From Lingula anatina (taxonomy: Eukaryota > Animalia > Brachiopoda), in NCBI GenBank assembly GCA_051362555.1, contig CM120641.1, positions 15,810,001 through 15,874,000 of the forward strand: 64,000 nt of DNA. Direction: 5' to 3'. This document shows, one piece after another, positions 1 to 45,500 of the stretch. The notes below the pieces were generated by a model. The model worked only from the letters and a program-made list of their open reading frames with translations, did not search any database and was not told the DNA's origin. The first letter of the stretch is position 1, and every line of letters begins with the position of its first letter. The translations under genes and the position numbers were made by a program.

Positions 1-23
1 TTGCATCTTTATTTTCTGTTCTT

Positions 24-57
24 TGTCTGTACATTTGACAGCTTTGCTGCCTTGTTT
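24..57 (+). mobile_element. 3' terminus of another copy of the same Helentron-like family
   Basis: TGTCTGTACATTTGACAGCTTTGCTGCCTTGTTT matches the end of the element at ~16117-16150. Confidence 0.6.
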
Positions 58-618
58 CAGCTTGATAGGAGCTTTTTAGAAATGAAGAAGTGTACATAAT
101 TAGATATTTTTCTTTGTGATTTTCATTAATGCAGAATTTTGGAAATCAATAAACAACAATTAGTAAATTAAAGGGATAATAACTCTTCATATGAGATCTA
201 TATTTCACAATAAGAACATTGTGAATAACTCAAAGAAATATAATATATTCTGTTTTACCACAAAACCGGCAGTTATAGCTATTAGTCTGATATCTGAGCT
301 TGTCTTTAAACGACGTAACCTCCATTGATGGCTATACTCTGTTAAAATCTCTTAAGAGATTTTAACAAAAAACCAAACTTTTTAGAAAAAAACCAGGGAC
401 TAACTTTGAATGTAAAAATGGATTCATTAACCATTGGTAAGTATGAGAAAATTGTTGGTCACTCCAGGAAAATTCATTTTTTGGCCGAAACGAAGAGTTA
501 TTATCACTTTAAGTAATTTTAAAACATTTAAACTGAAAGTTGTATCTTAACATGCTTTCCCAGAAAAGGAGTTTAACTGAGTCATGTTTAGTATATGTGA
601 GTATTTTTTTATTCACAG

Positions 619-18145
<17,527 letters not shown>

Positions 18146-18314
18146 AAGCTCTCAAGATTGTCTACATGTACTTTTAAGAAGACAAAGACTGACTGGGCTT
18201 GGGGACATAATGGTGAAGCTGATATGAGTCAAGAGCTAATTACAGCATAAATCAGAATGATTTTGAATTGATTTTCTTGTTTTTGGAGAAGACATTTTTG
18301 GATATGACATTTTC

Positions 18315-18316
<2 letters not shown>

Positions 18317-18363
<47 letters not shown>
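18317..18363. repeat. Poly-T tract (~47 nt) downstream of gene 1 stop; possibly the poly-A tail of an antisense retroposon
   Basis: Minus strand reads ...AATGAAAACTATTTG(A)n. Retroposon origin is inference. Confidence 0.7.
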
Positions 18364-19788
18364 CAAATAGTTTTCATTGTTACAATACATATATATTTAA
18401 TCATGTTTATAGTTGTGTACATGAAGCCACATACAGGCAAATACATGTATATGTATATGAAACAGGATTTGCAGGGTAGACTGGCAATTCAGGTATGGGT
18501 GTCACTAGTCAAGAGCTCATGGCACAGATATTTTGGGTTCAACCCCTGCTTTTTTTTTTGGTCCTTGGAAAGGGCACTTAACCCCAAATACCTCTGTATG
18601 TTCAGGTATATGTAAATTGCTACCAACTATATTTGTGAAGGAGTGAGCTAGGGCAGAATTATAGTATCTTATCTTGGGGACTTGGAAACTGTCAGTCACT
18701 TCATAGTGCAAGAATGAGCACATACCTGTGTAAGCTTTGTTTGGTTAATTCTGGTTACAGACAAGCTTACTATCAGCGATCATTTTTTATTTGCCATTCA
18801 AGCATGTAAACATGTCTTTGTACAAGTCATCCCACCTGACTGATGGATAACAATTAGTAGTTCAGTCTTAGAATCCAGTCAGATTGTTAACTGACCTCAA
18901 TAGCATTGATGGGGGACAGTATTAAGGGTTTTGACTCCCTGCTAATGGTGAGCTAATAGCATATGTAATTAGATGACTTGCTAAAATGTGGCAGGTAATG
19001 ACAATGACTTCATTCTAAAAACAAAATGTGTTGTTGAGAACAATATATTAGGTTCAATATAAAAAAATATTAGGTATTAGGTAATCGAGAAGAGATGTTG
19101 GTTTTGATTAGATTAAAACATTGCTTTTTGAATATTTATAATGGTTTATAAATTATAACCATTTCAAACTGTACATGCAGTTTTTTTATGTAGATATGTA
19201 AATTATGATTACTTAAAAAATCAAGATATAAAGTAATTACAATGTGTATGTACACTGCCCTATTGCTCATACCATAGTCTGTGCCCTTAAATTAAGTTTT
19301 TTGATATGTTAATAATGATAAATTGTAGTTAAATTTGTACTCTTGATAATTTCTCTTTATTAGTATTATAAAGATTGATTTGAAGGAAACTTTTTTTGAA
19401 ATGCACTGGTATTTAAATGTTATTCAATCATTTAATGATTATAATCTATGATTAAGCAATGTTAAGTGATTATATATGGTTATGTATCAACTGTATATTG
19501 TATTTTTCTGTTACAAGACTTTTTTGTTACTTTCATTTATATTTTTCAAATTTTCTTTGATTTTTTTTTTTTTTTTTTGGGGGGGGCTATTTTAAAATAT
19601 ATATTTGTATACTTTTTGCATAAGTCTCCTGCCACTTGCATTTGTTGTATATTTTATGATGAGTCAAAAGAAAAACGCTTGTATGCTTGTATTGATTTCA
19701 TTTAATAATTAGAATGTTTTATTTTCTCTTAAGAAATCATTATTATTATCTTATAAATATTTTAAATGTTAAAGTTTCTTTATGTTTG

Positions 19789-19794
19789 AATAAA
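19789..19794 (+). terminator. Candidate polyadenylation signal of gene 1
   Basis: AATAAA at the end of a long U-rich 3' region. Not verifiable without transcripts. Confidence 0.35.
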
Positions 19795-21084
19795 GCCCAT
19801 TATGTATGAAAGACTGCCAATTAATTTTAACTTGAAGGCAAAATGCTTTGGTTAGATATTTAATTTTATTTCTCTCATTTTCATGTTATATTCAGTGAGT
19901 TGTCATATATCACGAAAAAATGGACATAATACTTGCTTTTAAAGGTGTCATTAAAAGCTTACGTTATGTTCAACTACCCTGTATTTTGTCATAAAGAAGC
20001 TTCAATTTTTTGTTTAAAAAAATGTCTGTAATAGTTTGTGTGCAAGTAGAAGATACTAGTCGTGCTGTTTGTTTTTATTTATTTTTTAATCAAGTGGTTT
20101 TAGTTTGATTGTTCTGTTGGTAGCACATTATAGCTTTTATTGCCTGAAAATTAAATATGGAAAATGGAATGGTTTGCTGCTGTTGTATTGTTTTCCTTCT
20201 TGAAAGTATATTTAAGTGTTGCGAATACATCTTGTAACCTTCTGTACAGAAATCTGTTCATCAGATTGTCGACTTAAAAGGCATGGGAATATGTCATGGT
20301 ATAAAAATGTCAAATTTGGTGATTGGTTAACAGTAGTCACCAAATTTAGTCACCAAAGGTAGTAGACAACTTTCGGACAATTGTCATGACTTAGCATGCT
20401 TGGGCACACTTTTTTCTGGCAGCTGATCAAACCAATCCCAGGCCATTTTAATGAATTAACAGTTTGTCATTTCGAGCCTCCAGTTCAGGATCTTGAATGC
20501 CAAACAATTGAATTTGAACTGCTGTATCATGATGCAAATGTAAAATTTGTATTCGTTATTAATCCCCTTACCTTTCCATTCAGTATGTGTTGGAGATTGT
20601 TGAGGTGCATTACTCCCATATTTGGAATTGAAAAAAAAGGAACCTGTGTATAAACAATTGGAAACCTGGACAAAACCTGGCCCAGTTGTTTAAGTCAAAA
20701 ATTACTACTGCATTTAAATTTACAATTTTATTTGCATGCATTTTTACTTGAACAGGGATTGGTTAGGAAACTGAGTCAAAACTGTATTACTATATACTTA
20801 TATTACTTACAGTTGCCATGGACTTGTGTCATCATACAATTTGCAATTATGACCACTTTTACCTAAACAGTGTCTGATTTATTATAATAACTTATCTAAA
20901 ACATGAAAAGGCCTTGAAATCTGCTTTGGTGCACCACCATCTTAGAGTCGTGTTTTATGATTCCAACTAGAGGAGATTAGTTTCTTTTTTTCCTGCAAAA
21001 GCAGGATACCAATAGCTCTTCAAGCTCATGCTTCAATTTATGTATTTCAAGTAAAACAAGGCAACTTCAGATGCACAATATTCT

Positions 21085-21090
21085 TTTATT
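21085..21090 (-). terminator. Candidate polyadenylation signal of gene 2
   Basis: AATAAA on minus strand about 545 nt after the stop. Another is at 21510-21515. Confidence 0.35.
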
Positions 21091-21633
21091 AACAAATAAA
21101 TGATTTCTTGTGTTAATCCTGAGTGACTTCAAAAAAAATTAATTGTACAGTGTAATGGCAAGTGTATACATTTGGCATACAGATATAAAAAAAGTTTCGC
21201 AAAAAAGGCTGCTTTTTTAACAAACCAATATCATCACTACAACCAGAGATGTACCATTTGAAAAAACTAGACTGACTAAAGTCAGATATATGTACAGTAT
21301 GTAGATTATATTGGTATGGTTAAGTGGGTGATGACAGTTGCCAAAGAGACGGATCTCTTCTGTTTGTAATATCGTGTGATTACATACACACTGTATCAAA
21401 AAGTTTACCCATTGAACACGTAAGGTGCTATAGTAGGTGCATATGTTTTTTTTAGTTTGGTAATATGACTTCTGAGTTAAGTTCAATATCTTAGTAAAAT
21501 ATAAGAGTATTTATTTGGGTTGGTTAATTATTTTCATGTCATGGTAAGTCTTGCATTTGCTTCTGACACTGAAATGGAAGTCCTTCATTTGGTATTGTGG
21601 GTTAATATCCATTTTCTTAAAATATCTTCAGTT

Positions 21634-36375
<14,742 letters not shown>

Positions 36376-36400
36376 TACGTCTCCGTCACTGCGGTGTCGC

Positions 36401-36822
36401 TGCTGAGTCAAGTTTATCTCGTTTTCTTTCCTTTCTTTTAACTTTATCTTCCTAAGCAGCAGTTAAACATATAAAAAAACTAGTCAAAATATACTTCTTT
36501 AAGAACAACGACCACAGTCAGTTTAACTCCCTTGGCTGTTAGAGAGCGAATGGCTTTATCCAGCGGGTATGCCATATTTTTATATGTACCTAGCCCGGCC
36601 GCGATCCAATAGCAACTCTCAAAGCCCTTAGTCTATTTTTAGCATGCGGAATCCCCCACTTCTAATTAGAGTCTTAAATATTACTTAACGATTAAGTGAT
36701 TAAGCGGTTGCTGTGGTGAGCAACAATCAAAACAGTACTAGTCCTTATTTTGGAGAGCTGGGTATTTCCCAGTGGTCAATCTCGGTCAATTTGACGTCAC
36801 ACTGGGCAGCTGTGTTACGCAA
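36401..36822 (-). promoter_or_regulatory. Putative promoter/5' region of gene 2
   Basis: TATAAAAA on minus (36577-36584), CCAAT (36606-36610), palindromic CRE TGACGTCA (36792-36799), TTACGCAA (36815-36822), ARE core TGACTCAGCA (36401-36410). CpG content is locally raised. Confidence 0.5.
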
Positions 36823-39532
36823 TTAAACAGATTAATTTATCGATACGCTTTTCTCTCTCATTTGTACTTTTAAAGCGTTTTTCGGTCCGGTACGACTTTA
36901 AAATTCAAAAGCAACATATTAGTTACATAATTTTACCCAAATTATATCGTGTAAATATTGCACTGCTACTATAATTTCTACGATGGCTCTCATTGAAGCG
37001 GCCAACCTCGTTTGCGTTTGTATCCATGCATTCACTGATCAAACAAATACGCTTTTCATATTCAAAAGAGCGTGAAACCGACATTGTAAAGGAGTTCAGG
37101 TCATCTGTGTCGTTCTTTTGTCGATTTATGTACTTCATTGCCTAGTGAATAGGATTTTCAAAGACCTTCGACTGTGATTGATTGGCAATAAGATGCGCAA
37201 GAGGTTATTGTGACATGGGAAAATCATCTATTCGCTATGCGCTGTCCGTAATCTATACACTTATATTGATTCTTGTCCGAGGGGTTACGCGTTCAAGCCA
37301 GCTTGGCAACCATTACTCAATCCAAACAAATATTCAGGCTGCTATTTTAGTGCTGGAAATCCCGTCGGCGACTAAGCACTCGTTTTAGCCGCGTCGCTTA
37401 AAAAAAGCTTAATCTCACCTTCTTTTCACTCTCTATTCACCAAGTCATTGAATTATGAATAAGTTATTTCAAAGTGGGTTACGAACAAAGGGGCGAATAA
37501 TTAAAAAATATTAAGAGAAATACAAGCAAGGCAAATAAAAACGTTTTAAGTGTAGTTATCCTATAGAACTAAGTAGCTAGGAAAACGAGTCCGTATAGTG
37601 AAAACTGGAGTAATCTTAAATAGTAAGTGCCTGGGGATGTGACTTTTTCATATGTAATGCAATTATATTAATCAAGTGATATGCTGGGAATATAATAAGC
37701 CAAAATATGTGATGTAGAAAGGAAAGAAAAATCAAAATAGGTATTTCAATCATTTTTTACTACAATGACTTAAACAAAATATTAGTAATGAATCTGTTTT
37801 CAGGTGTTTCCCTGTTGTTAATAACATCTAAAACAATGGATCTACGCGTAATGAGTACCGTAACATTGGCAAACAAACAACAACTTTGGTAAATAGACAT
37901 AGGAGCTGCCCGTGTACAAATTATGTCATACTTTTCGGAGCATTAGTATTGAACTCTTTAGCGGGATGTCAACGATCTGCGTTGCGATGACTACTTTCCC
38001 TCTTCTGACGATCGTTTAAATATATCAATATAATGGTGGCATTATCCTTGCTCAAATCGATTTTTATTGATATAAGTTAAGGGGTCGTACATGTATTTCA
38101 AATCGTACGTACGAGTACAATATACCACCTACAAAGCAAGTAAACTAGCTGAGAAGTCGCCTAAAGCTTGGGTTTCGCTCAGAATTACTGGAATTAATTA
38201 ACTCTTGAAACGGTTTTTGGATATAAGTGCTTAGTGTTTTAAATGAAAGATGAAGCCAGGTTGATAATGGACGAGAAATAAAGAGGTTTGAAGGTGCAGT
38301 TAAAAAAAAACTTCTTTAAAATTAAGCGACAATTTTGAATAATTCAGTAAATTTAAAAACCTTGGGACACATATTTAGTTAACTAGTTAAAACCGCCACC
38401 GAGAGAAGTTGGTAAAAAAAGCCAAGTTGAGTGCAAACAGGGAGTGTTGCTCAACCGAACACGCTGGCGACGCATGGTTCATCAGGTCACGTTGACCCGC
38501 CGCGTGCCTTTGGGTGGTGGTAAGGTATATATATTCCTCTTTGGTGAAAATACATAGTGGCTAGTCTAAACAAAGTCATCCAATATGCAAGCTGAGATCA
38601 GTAAATGACCTCGTTTCCGCAGGATTACCCCTTTTTTATTCATTGTAACGCACAATATCACAACAGGGTGTTCTGGCAAGTCACATTCAAGATGTAAACT
38701 TAGTAGTGTCTAAAAACCACGCGCCAAAGAAACGACTATTTTTGTAACAGGTCAGCATTACTGCCAAGTTTCTTTATTTATTATTTTGCGTTACATAATA
38801 AATGGCAGACAACATATCTATTTCTTTGCGTTTAACACAAATTCCATGGTCCTCTAAGATAGCGTCGATGTGGTGAGGCAATGTATAGGTCTTGCCGAGT
38901 ACATTCCAGGTTGTAAAATGGGTGTACTGAAACGACCTCTACAACGCTGGATGACATGTTCATGTGTGGGATGATCATATACGGATATTCACTTTACACA
39001 CATTTGGCAATTTTACATAATTATTGTATTTTACTCAAACTACATACTTGACTAAAGTTGCAGTTTTAGTTGGTTCTAATAACGTGGCTGCTTATTACAG
39101 GGGTGTTCTGTATGTCACCATCGTTATCCAAAAAAATTGTTACAAAATGTCTTATAGAATTGTCTTGATTTTTTATCCTTCTCTGATAAAACTGATTTCA
39201 AAGAAAACATTGCCTCACAACAAGACAAAGTTACCACAAATCATATCACTTATTACAGCACATATTTTCATATTTTTTTCATAATTCATGATCTGTGAAA
39301 AACTGAATTCTTTTGAGAAAAAAAAAGAAATCTAAAGATGTTTTATGCCTATAAACATCAGCGATATTCATGAATCTGTCTTTACAAAAATAAGTTAAGT
39401 TTTATCAAATGTAATAACAGCCGTTTCAGAAATTCATTTCCAAGGCACAAAAGAGGAAACCTTGATATATTTTTTCAAGATCAGCATTAGTACTGCTTGA
39501 CTGTCACAGAGAACAGTGTTTATTTTCACTCT

Positions 39533-42500
39533 CTACACCGTCATGCTTTCCAAGTTCAGCATTTGCAGTGTTTCACTGATGTATGATCCAGCGTCTATCT
39601 TACTTTTTACACCTGCAGCAAATGCTTTCTGCATCAAAATACCGGCCTGATCTAAAAAACAAAAAAAAAAAGAAAAATGTAACTTATTATCCTTAGAAGA
39701 AATACAATTGCCTTTATATGATACAAGCGAGGCTAAATTTTACGATAAGAGTTGTTTCTCCAACTTTATTAACTTTGATATAAAGGTTCTAAATTTCATA
39801 TTTGTCAGAGTATGGTACTAGTAATCATAATCTAAACACAATTTACAAAACTTTGGGTTTATTGGAAATCAAGATTTACGAGACTAAGCAGTAAAAAAAA
39901 CACAAAGGCAATCAAAATACAGAAGATAAGCATATGTTTTTTTTCATTAACCTATTTAATTCTGAAATCACTTATCTTAAAAGGAGGTTGGACTGACATT
40001 ATACGTAATTCTACATACTCTGACAAAGCACAGCAAACTCTGGCAGATTCTTTAAAGCAGAATTCACAATATCTGGGTTGCTGTTCTCTATGCAGTGTAG
40101 AAATGTAGCTATGACATCATCCCCAACGCTGAAACAGGAAATTGCATAATAAGTATACAGTTTTATTCACAAATTGTCAGCTGAGCAGGTCAAACTCTTA
40201 TGCTTGTCAGGAAAATGTAGGCACAGCTATAATATTACATTGGTCTTAAAGTGTAAACATGAATGTAAACAGTAGCTTTACTGGTGTGATAAGAGAATGG
40301 ATACAAGGGAGTTGCTAAGTAGATGTGTGCTTAAGCAAAGGAGTAACTTTGATAAATTGTTATGCCTATCAGTGCTTTTTATCTCATCCTGATACCACAT
40401 GAAATTAAACACCTTTTTCAAATTCACAAAAGTTTGTTTTCTCTCATTACTTTGATTATTGAAATTATTATTATGGAATATTTTTTCTGAATTATAAAAC
40501 AATATCTCAATGGATTTTATTAACTGATTGATGAGATTAGAGGGTCATAGAGGGTCTATGATTTGGACTGAAGCAAACACTATTCAATTTGATGTATATA
40601 TACAGCTTTTTCTCCATGATATTAAAGCAGTGTATGATAGTATTAAAGCACTAATCCACATATTGCTAATGACCCACCTAGGTTTTTGCCTTATGTATCT
40701 CATCACCAAGGCATGGGCTGTATTCCTGCACTTGTCACTCTCTGACAACATCAGTCTCTTCAAATCCCCCTGAAACACACAGAAGATGGAGGAGTTGCAC
40801 TGACAGTTTTTGGAAAATTAGGCAAGACTCCTCTAAGTCACTAATTCTCCTCACCAAATAGCATAGACTGTAGTTAGTGCAGCATATTGTGGAGTTATTT
40901 ATGACAGATAGACATGGTATTATACCAAATGGGAGAGAAGACACTGCCATCTCAATTAAGAAAAGGGAAGGAGAGAAGACACTGCCGTCTCAATTAAGAA
41001 AAGGGAAAAGAGGCTTACAGGTTAGATAGAAAACAATTATTACACAATAAAATTGGGGAATATGCGTGTGCCATGAAATAATTTCAATGTTTTGTCTGGA
41101 TGACAAACTTTCTTCGTTGTTAATAAAGGCAACATAACTGTGCCTCTGCCACCTCATTCTAAACTGGTCTGAACGATTTTATACAATGCTGATGAGAAAC
41201 CACTTTCCCTTCCTTACCATAAAATGTTCCAACACATCTACTTTTCTTTTAGATGTGTTGTCCAAATCTTCCAAAACCTCAAGCACATCTAAAAAAAAGG
41301 GAATGACCATAACATTCTATAACAAGATAAAATTTGTGCATTCTCAATTGTACATACCATGATATTCTGGATTCACAACTGCCTACGAGAATTATAAAAA
41401 TTACTCTGAGGACCAAATATACATTTATTATCATTTCCTTTTTTATTTATTTATTGATTTAACGTTGTTGTTTTTCAATGCTTTGGATTTAAATATACTA
41501 GTAAAAAATGACACTGTCATCATAACTCACAGAAGAACAAAAATTCAATCTTAGCACCTACCTTCCAGCTTGGCCTCTTTGCTGATCTTCTTGAGGAAAG
41601 GTGCCAGCTGTGTCATGGGGATGGGGGATGTTGACCTGGGAGGTGTCAGACAGGTGTCAGCCTCAGGTGTGACCTCCCCCTCCCCAGCTGAGGGGGTTGG
41701 TAAGGTCAGGCCAGCCCTCAGTGACTTTAGTATGGCAAGGTCTGGATACTGCTCTGACAGATCTCTGTGAAATACCAGTATTACACATCAGCATAAGCAA
41801 TTTATAGAAAAATATATCATTTTATTTAACATGCTGTTTCTTTTAGGTCATTAAAATGACAAAAACGGCATTTAATAATTTAATAACAAAAACATAAACA
41901 ATTCATAGAAAATATATCGTCTTATCTAATGTTATTTCTCTTATGTCAGTACAAGAAATAAAATGCATTAAAATGGCAATAAAAAATTATTTTCAAAACA
42001 GCATTCTGAGTCTTGTATTGGTGGCTTGCATGCCAATTTTTAAAAATATTTATTAGAAACTTTAGATTTAAATTAACAAAAAAATAAAACCCCTCAAATT
42101 ACCCCAGCAGACTGGCAAAAGGCCTAAGCAGGCTGATGGCTCTGGTTTTATCATGGTGCATGAACTGATGCAGGAAATGGATGTACTTGATGATCAGAGG
42201 GGCCAGCTGCTTCTTGTAACCATGAACCTGAAATATCAAACATGGAATCATGACTACCAATGCAGCTTCTGTATGAATTAAAGAAAGATAAATCCAATCT
42301 GTTAGTGGACAATTGTTGATTACAGATAGTTTGTGAATATTAACATCTGGACCATCTTTTTTTTTTTATTTTTATTTTATTTTATTTTTTTGGGGGGGGG
42401 TGGGGGGGGGGGGGTAACAGAATTACAATGTATCACTACCACACAATGAAAGGCTTTATGTTGAAAGTAGATGGATATGTAGCAAGTTACAACATATTGC

Positions 42501-45500
42501 TTAAAGCAGTACAGAAAAAAATCTAGAAATGTATCCATTAAAATATGAGGTGTATTATCTTACTTTGATAACTTCAAAATATGAAGCCAGAACCTCCTCT
42601 AGTGCCTGATACTCTCTGTGAAAGATAGATGGCGCCAGCAGCTCAAGAATGCCCAGAACATGTGTAAATAACAAGGTGTAGTTTCTGTGCTGAAACTCCC
42701 CAAATGCAAAGTGTATTCTGCCCTTTAATATGGAGGCTATCATTGGGAGTTGTCTGAAAATAGAGAAGTTGAACAAAAAATCAAGGTGTTGACAACTAAG
42801 GTGCGGTCAAATGCTTTAATTTCACATTTACACTTTTTTCTCCTTTGAAATCAAACTGCTCTATAACATTCAGAAAAGACATTAGGGAAGCTAGTCTCAT
42901 TCTGGTGGAATCAAGTTCTGGGTGGTAATTGGTTTTCCTTAAACTTTCAGTTGGCTCATTATTAAAAAAAATGTCAGTATCAAAAATGATGCAGCCAAGT
43001 GTTGATTAATTTGCTTCTGATAGCCTGGCCATAATAATTTTTGACACTATTTGCTCTGTAGATGTGAAACTCATTACTTCTGCAACAAATAAATTTGTGC
43101 AGCTACTCTAATACTGTTCAATTGTTTTAATTCATATATGCATTTGTTATACATATTTACTTAGTAAAGCATTTACAAATGGAAGAATTGCTACAAGTTA
43201 TTGTAGACAAAAATTTCTAGTTTATACCTTAAAAGTAACACAGGGTGTTCTGCAGCCATTTTTCTACAAGCAATGTTTGCGTCAAACATCTTTTCTGCCA
43301 CTTGTTTCCCAGGGCGCGCCATGCTCAGGGTACTGATCAACCGATGAGAGATGATATCCAACTGCAAAACAACAGGCTCATGTTACTGTCCATAAGATAC
43401 TGTAACAATGTTTACAAGCAGTCTAGAAATTTCCAGGCCTAGTGAGAGAAAACCAGTGTGTGATACTGGTGTTATAGTAAAAAAAAAGTGGAATTTACAT
43501 TTATCCACATACTTCAAAAACTATACAAATCTCTCTCTGACTAATTTCCAAATTAATTTTAGTTACAAACACAAATGAATCAGAAATTATAACGTGAGCA
43601 TGCAAGTTACCTGGCTTCCACTCTTTAAAGTAGAGCTCATATCTCCCAGCAGTGTAGCTGTGTCCTCCAGCCATGCCAAGGCAAAGGGTTTTTGTAGGTA
43701 GATCTCCAGTAACAGGTACTTGGCCAGGGAACCAATACTATTGAAACATAAAGAATCACAAATAGCCTGTTTCCGTATGTATAAAATAAGTTCACTGAAT
43801 ACTTTTTAGAATTGAGAATGGGGTGATAATCTTATCATGATTATTTTCATCAAATTCACCATATTGAAAGAACACATTCATTTACAAAGAACACTGTATA
43901 TTAATGTACTAAGTTTACCTCCCAGCTTTCTTGATAATATCCTGTAGGTATTGTACAGAGAATTTAATGAGATCAGTCCTGTCACTGCAACAAGCTGTCA
44001 AAAGATGGAGCCTCTGGCCTATCAACTCCAGGACAAGCTTATCTGCTTTCTCAGAGGCTTCCTCCAAAATGTAATCAATGACTCTCTTCAGTTGTTGCTC
44101 TGTCAGACAGAGGATGTCTTCTGGCTGAGAATTCTTTAAAAAAAAACTATAGGTTACTTACTGAAAATGTGGCCAATTATAAAAAAACCTCTCCGTTTAC
44201 CTTTTGTATAAAAAAAGTCAGCAGTTTAATTTCCATTGGTCAAAAAAAAAAAAATAATAATAATAAATAAAAAAATAAAAAATACACGTACAAAATCATA
44301 AAAACTGCATACTCTTTCATAAATCATTCTTTCTGAATCGGTGAAAACGTTACCTTGGGTAGCTTCCTGTCCCTTCCCTGCCATATTGTTGGAATGTGGA
44401 TACAAGCCCACAAGAAATCTAATACATTGGAAGCACAGTATTGTCTAGAAGAAAAAGAGCCATGAACACTTAATGTATCAAATCAAGTGTGCAAAATAAA
44501 TTACACAATTTTCATATAAACAATCTAAAAAGCTTGTGTTGGTTTTCAAAGCCTAAATATAAATCTAAAGACATTTTAGTCCTTTGCCAACTTAGTGTAC
44601 AAAATACATTGTAAAAGATTTTACACAAACCAAACTTCTCCCCCACCTGTTATCCCCAGGTTGCAGCAGACAGCTGATACACCTATGGAGTGTGGTCCAG
44701 TTACTCTGATGTGTCAGTAAAGCAAGCAGGTATGGCTGCCCGTGCTTTCTGGTACTACCATTCTTGATGTCTCCTTGTCTTGCATCGTGCTGCCTCCTGG
44801 CAAAGAGTAGCTGCTGCTCAATCTCTGGGGAAGCCTGAATGATCTCAGGATCCAGTAGCTCCAACCAATCTATGAGTAGTCCAGCAGTGCTGGATGGAAT
44901 TACTGTGTCTTCAGTGAGAGCAAAATTTCCAGATTGCTCCGTACTTGTGTTTGCCTTGGATGTAAATTCACTGCAAGTTTCACAGGAAAATGTATAAAAA
45001 GGTTGATAATTTTTATTTCATAATGGCACTGCTTGGAATGGATATCAGATGGTGAATTTATCAAACTGGTAAATGGGTATGTGGAAGTAAATATTTCCAA
45101 AAATTTCATGAAATATTAATCAATTAAAAATTAAAGAGAGGACCCTCAAGTGTAGACATTTTTTGATTACACTTATTAAATACTATGCAATTGAGAAAGG
45201 ATTTTAACTTTTAACTACCTGTCTTTTTGCACCAGCAAGGTAGCCATTGTCTTTGCTCTGGTGAGAGTGCTCTTATTCTCCATGCTGTCAGACATACACA
45301 TTTGTACAAACTTCTCCATAAGACCATCATCCACTTTCTCCTTGTTTGTCAATGCTACAGGGTAAAACATAAAATTCAAATTTGGACCATTGTGACTGTT
45401 CATGAATAATTATAAGTCTCTTTCATATAACAGTAATTATAATTGTGTTATTTCAATTGAAGTTTCTTGCTTGTTTCTGAAAATTAAGATCATCCAAAGC

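Noticed and set aside
36900-39300. CpG-richer intergenic patches as tRNA/ncRNA or small gene
   Set aside because: No cloverleaf, A/B boxes, TIRs or convincing exon found. Possibly regulatory DNA or old repeat debris.
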